12,169 nucleotides of DNA from Candidatus Aenigmatarchaeota archaeon (lineage in GTDB: Archaea > Aenigmatarchaeota > Aenigmatarchaeia > Aenigmatarchaeales > JACQIB01): the NCBI GenBank assembly GCA_046760225.1, contig JBHIDR010000023.1, positions 1 through 12,169 on the forward strand. The letters run 5' to 3'. The notes beneath the pieces were generated by a model. That model was not told the DNA's origin and ran no database searches. It saw nothing but the letters and a program-made list of their open reading frames with translations. The translations under genes and the position numbers were made by a program. Shown in pieces: positions 7,031-12,169 of this stretch; the stretch's first letter is position 1; each line of letters opens with the position of its first letter.

Positions 7031-7723
7031 TCACCTCTTTTTCCTTCCCATCCTCCTGGGTGCTACTGACCCTACTTTTGCTCCAGGAGGTGCCCATCTT
7101 GATTTGCTCTTTGGCTGTCCTGGTTTTGTCTGGCCTCCGAACGGATGGTCAACAGGGTTCATGCTCACAGCTGATGTCCTTGGGTAGAGCTTGTTTCTTG
7201 CATGGTGCCTGTGGTATGCCTGGCCTGCTTTCACAAACGGCTTCTCCTTTCTGCCACTCCCAGCTGGCACACCTATTGTTGCCATGCACTTGGGATTGAA
7301 GTTCTTGAATTTCTTTGAAGGCATCTGCACTATTACTTTTCCTGGCTCATGTGAAACCATTATAGCATGCGTGCCTGCTGCACAGCATAGCTGTGGTCCT
7401 TTGCCTGGGATGTTCTCTATTGCAAAAATATACGAGCCCTTTGGTATTGCTGAGAGCGGAAGTATGTTGCCAACAGCAGGGGTCTTTCCAACATCAAGCA
7501 GTGTCCCTACTCTGAGGCCCTCGGCTGCTATTATGAGTATTTCCTTGCCGTCTTCCATTCTTAGCTTGGCAAGAGGCGCGTCCCTTGCAGGATCATTTAT
7601 TATGTCAACCACTTCTGCTTTTCCTTCAGGCGGATACTTCACTGCACCAGCAAACCTGTGTCCAGGGCTCCTGTAAGTGGGTCCGCCCTTTCCCCTTGCC
7701 CTCTGTATTATTCTTTTTCCCAT
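7031..7723 (-). CDS. rpl2: 50S ribosomal protein uL2
   Basis: [39 protein letters not shown] and APPGAKVG motifs. Confidence 0.97.
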   Translation of the reverse strand: MGKRIIQRARGKGGPTYRSPGHRFAGAVKYPPEGKAEVVDIINDPARDAPLAKLRMEDGKEILIIAAEGLRVGTLLDVGKTPAVGNILPLSAIPKGSYIFAIENIPGKGPQLCCAAGTHAIMVSHEPGKVIVQMPSKKFKNFNPKCMATIGVPAGSGRKEKPFVKAGQAYHRHHARNKLYPRTSAVSMNPVDHPFGGQTKPGQPKSKSRWAPPGAKVGSVAPRRMGRKKR

Positions 7724-7731
7724 TCAATCAC

Positions 7732-8028
7732 CTATAGCATACCGAACCTCGTTGCAATGTCTGCTGCATTGAACTCCTTGCTCAGTTTGACAATTGCCCT
7801 CTTCTTTCCCCTCTTGTCTATGAGCGTGTTGATGCTGTCCACCTTTACTTCCAAGGCGGTTTCAATTGCCCATCTTATTTGTTTTTTGTTAGCCTTTCTT
7901 GAAACAATGAACATGAGCTTGTTCTCCTTTTCCACCATGCCTATTGCTTTTTCAGTGAGCAATGGATGATAGATTATGCTCCAGGGGTCTATTGCTGCTT
8001 TCTTTTTGACTTTCTTCTTCTCAGCCAT
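7732..8028 (-). CDS. rpl23: 50S ribosomal protein uL23
   Basis: DPWSII.HPLLTEKA, ENKLMFIV, NTLI, KKRAIVKL and A.DIATRFG motifs. ATG 8028 follows GGTGAGAGGT. Confidence 0.96.
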   Translation of the reverse strand: MAEKKKVKKKAAIDPWSIIYHPLLTEKAIGMVEKENKLMFIVSRKANKKQIRWAIETALEVKVDSINTLIDKRGKKRAIVKLSKEFNAADIATRFGML

Positions 8029-8812
8029 ACCTCTCACCCAGATAATTTATTGCAGACTCTGTCCATAGTGTGAGCCTTCCGCCTTTTGCTCCGGGAGCAA
8101 GCATCTCGACATTCAGGTTCTTTATGTTGCAGACCTCTGCACTAGAGATGTTAGAGAGCGCCTTTACAATCCCCTCGTCCTTTCCAACAACAAGAAGGAA
8201 CGACTTCTTGGTCTTGTATTTCCTTCCCCTCATCTTTCCTTTTCCTGCCCTGACCTTTTTCTTCTTTGCCCTTTCCAGCTCGCTCTTGATTTCCATTGCT
8301 ACCATTACCTTCTTCAGCTCGCTCGTCTTCTTTATTCCTTGAATATCGTCCTTGAAAATTATCGGCAGTTCAAGGCCCTTGGGTATATTGTGCCTCTTTC
8401 TCACAATATCAGAGGCTGTTGCAGCTATTGCTGACTTGAGTGCAACCACTGCTTCTTTCTTGTTTATTTTTTCCTTCCAGACCTTCTCTGTCTTTGGGGG
8501 ATGCGCACGCCTGCCTCCTCTTGTCTGCGGAGCGCGCCTTGCCCTCAGGTCCACTCCAGGCGGACCACCATGCACTCTTGGCAGTCTTGCCATCTCCCTG
8601 TTCATCATGGTATACCTGCTGTGTCTCATGCCATGGTAGTGCGCTGAAGTCCTCTTTCCTGCCCTGATGTTCGTACCATAGGGCTGTCTCCTCATTGACT
8701 GCAGTGCAAGCACTGCTCTCTTTATCAGGTCAGGTCTGTATTCAGTGCTGAATACCTCTGGTAGTTTGATTTCACCTACAACCTTTCCTTCCTTGTCATA
8801 TACTTTGCTCAT
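8021..8812 (-). CDS. rpl4: 50S ribosomal protein uL4
   Basis: RPDLIKRAV, AGKRTSA, ARLPR, GGRRAHPPK, RAGKGKMRGRKY and LAPG...GRLTLWTESA motifs. Start is 8812 or 8818. Confidence 0.97.
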   Translation of the reverse strand: MSKVYDKEGKVVGEIKLPEVFSTEYRPDLIKRAVLALQSMRRQPYGTNIRAGKRTSAHYHGMRHSRYTMMNREMARLPRVHGGPPGVDLRARRAPQTRGGRRAHPPKTEKVWKEKINKKEAVVALKSAIAATASDIVRKRHNIPKGLELPIIFKDDIQGIKKTSELKKVMVAMEIKSELERAKKKKVRAGKGKMRGRKYKTKKSFLLVVGKDEGIVKALSNISSAEVCNIKNLNVEMLAPGAKGGRLTLWTESAINYLGERYG

Positions 8813-8814
8813 AA

Positions 8815-9792
8815 TCATGCACCCTGCTTGCTCTCCAATGATATGTACCTGACATCAACAGGAAACTTTGTTTTTCTGGGCCTGACAGGCACCCTCATCC
8901 TTATCAGCTGCTTTGTTGGGCCTGGCACACTTCCCTCAATAACAAGCGCTTCTCCCCTCACTTTCCCATATCTCAGGAAGCCTCCTTTTATTTCTATCTC
9001 CTCTGGCTTGGCAACCTTCAGCACCCTCTTGTTCGGCTCGCACCTTGAGAAGTAACCCAGTTGCCCTGCCTGCGGTATTGTTGGTCTTACTTTTCCTGGC
9101 TCTTTCTGCCCTTTTGGCGCGCTCTTCCTATGAAGGTGCTCTGCTTTTCTTCCATGAATTCTTATGCCAAATCTTTTCACTGCACCTGCAAAGCCCTTGC
9201 CCTTTGTTACTCCGGAAACATCCATGAAGTCCCCTGATGCAAAGATATCAGACGCCTTTATCTCCTTCCCGAGCATTTCCTTGGCATACTTTAGCTGCTC
9301 ATCCTTCTTGCCTCCCAGTGCAACCTCGAACACAGCAGGCTTCTTCTTGAACAGGGGATTTGTATGGCACAATAGTGTTATCTCTGCTATCTTGTCGGTA
9401 TTATCATCTATTTTCTTCAATTGCATGGCTGTTGTAGACTTCTTTGGAACTCTCAACTTTCTTGCAAGCTTCTTGTCAACTTTTTCAGCAAGAACATGCG
9501 TGAAAGTCCTTTTTCCAGCAGTTGTATGAACATACGCTCTGAAACCGAAAACAGAAAGAGGAGGGCAGTCAATCACGGTTACTGACCTGGCAAGAGCCTG
9601 GCCCTTTGTCCTTGAGTTTGGGTTTGTGTCCACCACAAGGGCATGCGTCATTCCAGCCTTGTATCCTGCAAAGCCCAGTGGCTTTGTCTCCTTTGCCCTT
9701 GGCCAGCTCTTGATCCTCGGATAGCTACGTCTGGCTCTTTTCCTGGGATAAAAGCCCATGCTTCCCCTTGTTGGCCTCTTTACTTTCGGCAT
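8815..9792 (-). CDS. rpl3: 50S ribosomal protein uL3
   Basis: RPTRGSMGFYPRKRA, GFAGYKAGMTH, TKGKGFAGAVKRFG, PQAGQLG and GSVPGP motifs. True start is ATG 9792 (GTGA-TTCA-ATG), not the track's TTG at 9888. Confidence 0.97.
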   Translation of the reverse strand: MPKVKRPTRGSMGFYPRKRARRSYPRIKSWPRAKETKPLGFAGYKAGMTHALVVDTNPNSRTKGQALARSVTVIDCPPLSVFGFRAYVHTTAGKRTFTHVLAEKVDKKLARKLRVPKKSTTAMQLKKIDDNTDKIAEITLLCHTNPLFKKKPAVFEVALGGKKDEQLKYAKEMLGKEIKASDIFASGDFMDVSGVTKGKGFAGAVKRFGIRIHGRKAEHLHRKSAPKGQKEPGKVRPTIPQAGQLGYFSRCEPNKRVLKVAKPEEIEIKGGFLRYGKVRGEALVIEGSVPGPTKQLIRMRVPVRPRKTKFPVDVRYISLESKQGA

Positions 9793-9822
9793 TGAATCAC
9801 TTTTTCTTTTAACTTCTTCAAC

Positions 9823-9840
9823 CTTTTTAAACCTTATTCT
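9823..9840 (-). promoter_or_regulatory. Candidate proximal TATA box for the r-protein operon
   Basis: Minus strand reads AGAATAAGG-TTTAAAAA, ending about 31 nt upstream of the rpl3 ATG. Confidence 0.4.
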
Positions 9841-9916
9841 GAGAACACGTATCCCACAAGAGCCCTTCCAAACCCTTGCTCTGCGCAAAAACTTTCCAAT
9901 CTCCTTTGCTCTTCAA

Positions 9917-9934
9917 TGTATTTAAAGCTTTTTG
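9917..9934. promoter_or_regulatory. Archaeal BRE-TATA promoter, possibly bidirectional
   Basis: Minus strand reads CAAAAAGC-TTTAAATA, an A-rich BRE plus consensus TATA facing rpl3. Plus strand reads TTTAAAG about 25 nt before ATG 9952, the spacing expected for a leaderless mRNA. Confidence 0.6.
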
Positions 9935-9951
9935 CTGCCCACTATTGGGCT

Positions 9952-10158
9952 ATGGAGGACTTCCCTGTTGAGGAAAGGCCATGGAGCAGATGGAACGGCA
10001 CTTGGAAACAGTATACCAAGGACTGTGAAGATTGTGATTTCTACAAGCAAGTTGATGGGGAAGACAGGTGCTATCAGGGCAAGGCATGGAAGCGCCTCAG
10101 CAGGAACGTGAAAAAGCTCAGGAAGTGCCAGTATAGCCAGCCAAAGAACTCATGGTAG
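9952..10158 (+). CDS. Small 68-aa four-cysteine (CxxC-x11-C-x18-C) hypothetical protein
   Basis: MEDFPVEERPWSRWNGTWKQYTKDCEDCDFYKQVDGEDRCYQGKAWKRLSRNVKKLRKCQYSQPKNSW. It fills the gap between the promoter and the nuclease stop. The track's start at 9916 overlaps the TATA box, so 9952 is preferred. Confidence 0.7.
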   Translation: MEDFPVEERPWSRWNGTWKQYTKDCEDCDFYKQVDGEDRCYQGKAWKRLSRNVKKLRKCQYSQPKNSW

Positions 10159-11328
10159 GGCTGTATCCTCTTCTATTGCATCCCATTTCTCCCTCAGTAG
10201 CTGTCTCATTGTCATCTCATTGCCATGGAGCTCCCTTGCAGCATCCTCGCATATCTGCAGGTTGAAGCAGTCACCGCACTTCCCTGCCTCAAGCATGGAA
10301 TCCTTGACCTTCTGGTAGAAGTTCCTGTCATCCAGTATCCTCCTCTGCACATTGGCTGTCCTTGTTATTTCTTTTTCTAGGTTGCCCACAACTTCCCCCT
10401 CATCAAATTCCACTCTTGTTATGTGTAGTTCCAGTGGTCTGTCGCCCCCTTTCTGCGGGTCCCTTGGCCTTTTGGCAGATATGACCTGGAAATGCTCGCA
10501 ATCAAGGCCAAGCTGCTCTATCACAGCCAGTGCATAAACGCTCATCTGGAACTTGGTTCCCCATTCCTCATACATGGAGTACTTCTTCCTCTTCTGGTCG
10601 AATATGACAGGCTCCACCTCTCCTGTCTCCATGTTTATGAACTTCAGAACTGCATCAGCATGCCCGCTTAGCACATATTCCATGCCGTCTATTACAAATG
10701 TCTTTTCCAGCAACCTTTCACAATACTTCCTCCTGTCCATAGAATCAATGCCATCTATCTTCAGCCTCTGGTTCTCAATCATGTCATCAACATGCTGGCC
10801 GTTCAGGAACGTATGGCCTGTTGTGCCTTTTATTGCCAGGTCATTCTGCAAATATCCAAGCTTTGTCTGGTCTGTCTTGGTGAATATCCTGAACATGTCA
10901 CATTTTCTCGTTGACCATTGGTCATTGTCCTTTACTTCCTCGAATGTGCCACCTGAGAACTCGCTTCCCCTGAGATGGTATTTCTTGTAATCATCTTTCA
11001 TTGGAATGGGCAATGGCTCATATTTCCATTTCCTTGTTAATTTAATCAGGTCCTCTGTCTCCCTGCCCTCATACTCCACCATCCAGTCAACCCTGTGGTT
11101 CAGAAGCAGTATGTACTCCTCTATTCCTTGGAGCGAATACCCCTCAGTATACGTATCTTCCTTTAGCAAATCAAGCGCACGGTCTGTTATGTACCTGTCG
11201 CCATCCTCATCAATGGCCTTTGTCAGGCCGTATGTGCATTTGGGCAGTTCATCATCAGGCCTGCACAAATCAGTGTCCCTGAAGGGACAGTTAAAGAAGT
11301 TAAGCTCGCATCCTCCGCTTCCAGTCAC
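10150..11328 (-). CDS. PD-(D/E)XK superfamily nuclease, Cas4/AddB/RecB-like, with predicted Fe-S staple
   Basis: Motifs in the expected order: ...RKCDMF (first Cys), GTTGH, LSGHADAV (motif II Asp), IFDQK (motif III), QMSVYA (QxxxY) and C-terminal CGDCFNLQIC (CxxC-x5-C). GTG start follows the SD GGGAGGT. Confidence 0.82.
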   Translation of the reverse strand: MTGSGGCELNFFNCPFRDTDLCRPDDELPKCTYGLTKAIDEDGDRYITDRALDLLKEDTYTEGYSLQGIEEYILLLNHRVDWMVEYEGRETEDLIKLTRKWKYEPLPIPMKDDYKKYHLRGSEFSGGTFEEVKDNDQWSTRKCDMFRIFTKTDQTKLGYLQNDLAIKGTTGHTFLNGQHVDDMIENQRLKIDGIDSMDRRKYCERLLEKTFVIDGMEYVLSGHADAVLKFINMETGEVEPVIFDQKRKKYSMYEEWGTKFQMSVYALAVIEQLGLDCEHFQVISAKRPRDPQKGGDRPLELHITRVEFDEGEVVGNLEKEITRTANVQRRILDDRNFYQKVKDSMLEAGKCGDCFNLQICEDAARELHGNEMTMRQLLREKWDAIEEDTALP

Positions 11329-12163
11329 TATAAAAACCTCCCATTATCCTGTTTATTGAAGAGGGGTCGGCCTCCCTGTAAGAGCTCCTTTCAGCATTCT
11401 CCATCACCTTCCAGCTTATGAACTCGACCCCGTCTATGAACTTTAGAATGTCCCAGACATATGAGCTTTCCATTGCAATAACGTCTATCTCCTTTATGTC
11501 TAATGGATTGAGCAGGCTCTCCTTTATTGCCAGCGCCATTAATTGCTTGTTGAGGTATGTGCTCCTGTCAATCACGTTTTCATATTCCTGTTTAAAAATC
11601 TCCTGCACAACTCCCTTTGTCTTTTCATATCCTATCTCAAAGCACTTCTTTACCTTGTCCCTTGAATAGTCGGAAAGAAAAGGTATGTTCCTCTTGATAA
11701 AGCCCATTGAAAATTCCTTGTCATCTACGTAGCCTGTACGCGCCTTTTTGGCCACTCTTCCGGAAAACAGTTTTACGCTGAACTCATAGTTTCCTGTCAT
11801 AGGCCCTTCTTGCTTTACTAACCTGTCCAGGGAACCAAATGTATGCTTGTTCTTTTGCTCCAGATAAAGCTCAGCTTCCAGTACAGCTTCAGGAGCAGCG
11901 TGCTCCATTATTATGTCCCCGTCCTTTTCATTAAATACAAAGGGGAAGAATATCGGGGATACCGGGTGTATCACTTCATCTTCATAGCCTGTAAGGTCCT
12001 CACCATATTTTTTCTTATGCTCTTTTACAACGCTGTTGACCCCCTTTAACAGCTCCTCATAGAACCTTGCAAAGTGCGCTGTCCAGTCCATGCCTGTAGG
12101 GGATGATGGCTTCAGTCCGAACCTGCTGTCTGGTTCAGTAAAGTCCACGCTTAATCCTGTCAT
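11300..12163 (-). CDS. Hypothetical protein (287 aa)
   Basis: Long open frame with globular-protein composition that overlaps the nuclease start by 29 nt. The ATG is in a TGATG context, suggesting coupling to an upstream gene beyond the window. No family recognised. Confidence 0.75.
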   Translation of the reverse strand: MTGLSVDFTEPDSRFGLKPSSPTGMDWTAHFARFYEELLKGVNSVVKEHKKKYGEDLTGYEDEVIHPVSPIFFPFVFNEKDGDIIMEHAAPEAVLEAELYLEQKNKHTFGSLDRLVKQEGPMTGNYEFSVKLFSGRVAKKARTGYVDDKEFSMGFIKRNIPFLSDYSRDKVKKCFEIGYEKTKGVVQEIFKQEYENVIDRSTYLNKQLMALAIKESLLNPLDIKEIDVIAMESSYVWDILKFIDGVEFISWKVMENAERSSYREADPSSINRIMGGFYSDWKRRMRA

Positions 12164-12169
12164 CAGCCT

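Noticed and set aside
232..9529. Many plus-strand ORFs rich in Phe, Leu and Ser
   Set aside because: They are antisense shadows of Lys/Glu/Arg-rich r-protein genes. Their hydrophobicity reflects complementary AAG/GAA codons, not membrane proteins.
9793..9888. 32-aa N-terminal extension of uL3 from a TTG
   Set aside because: uL3 homology starts at MPKVKRP (9792), which has its own GTGA SD. The extension crosses a TATA-like, A-rich leader.
9793..9951. Absence of rps10 upstream of rpl3
   Set aside because: Normal for archaea, where uS10 is usually encoded with the EF-1alpha cluster.
9952..10158. HiPIP-like assignment for the small four-Cys protein
   Set aside because: Only the CxxCxxY spacing is reminiscent. 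There is no Tat signal or other supporting motif, so it is left as hypothetical.
10150..12169. CRISPR-Cas locus suggested by the Cas4-like gene
   Set aside because: No repeat-spacer array and no cas1, cas2 or other cas gene is recognisable in the window.

Overview
Archaeal genomic DNA. The compact gene packing, divergent ribosomal proteins and GGTGA/GGAGG-type Shine-Dalgarno (SD) sites suggest a DPANN-like lineage, but that is inference. Positions 1-9792 (minus strand) hold the canonical archaeal large ribosomal-protein operon: uL3-uL4-uL23-uL2-uS19-uL22-uS3-uL29-aIF1(SUI1)-Rpp29-uS17-uL14-uL24-eS4-uL5-uS14-uS8-uL6-eL32-[insert]-eL19-uL18 (uL18 truncated by the window edge). Two features are missed or miscalled by the ORF track. 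(1) The gene for the start-codon fidelity factor aIF1/SUI1 appears to begin at a CTG codon (5336) behind a near-perfect SD, followed closely by an out-of-frame ATG-TAA. This resembles a start-codon autoregulatory switch analogous to bacterial infC (AUU) and eukaryotic eIF1 (poor context). (2) A 52-aa CPxCG...CPxC zinc-ribbon microprotein gene (914-756) sits between eL32 and eL19. Upstream of the operon (9916-12169) is an accessory block: a divergently oriented small four-Cys protein, a solo Cas4/AddB-like PD-(D/E)XK Fe-S nuclease with an extra Cys-rich N-terminus, and an overlapping hypothetical gene. No rRNA, tRNA, CRISPR array or transposase was recognised.
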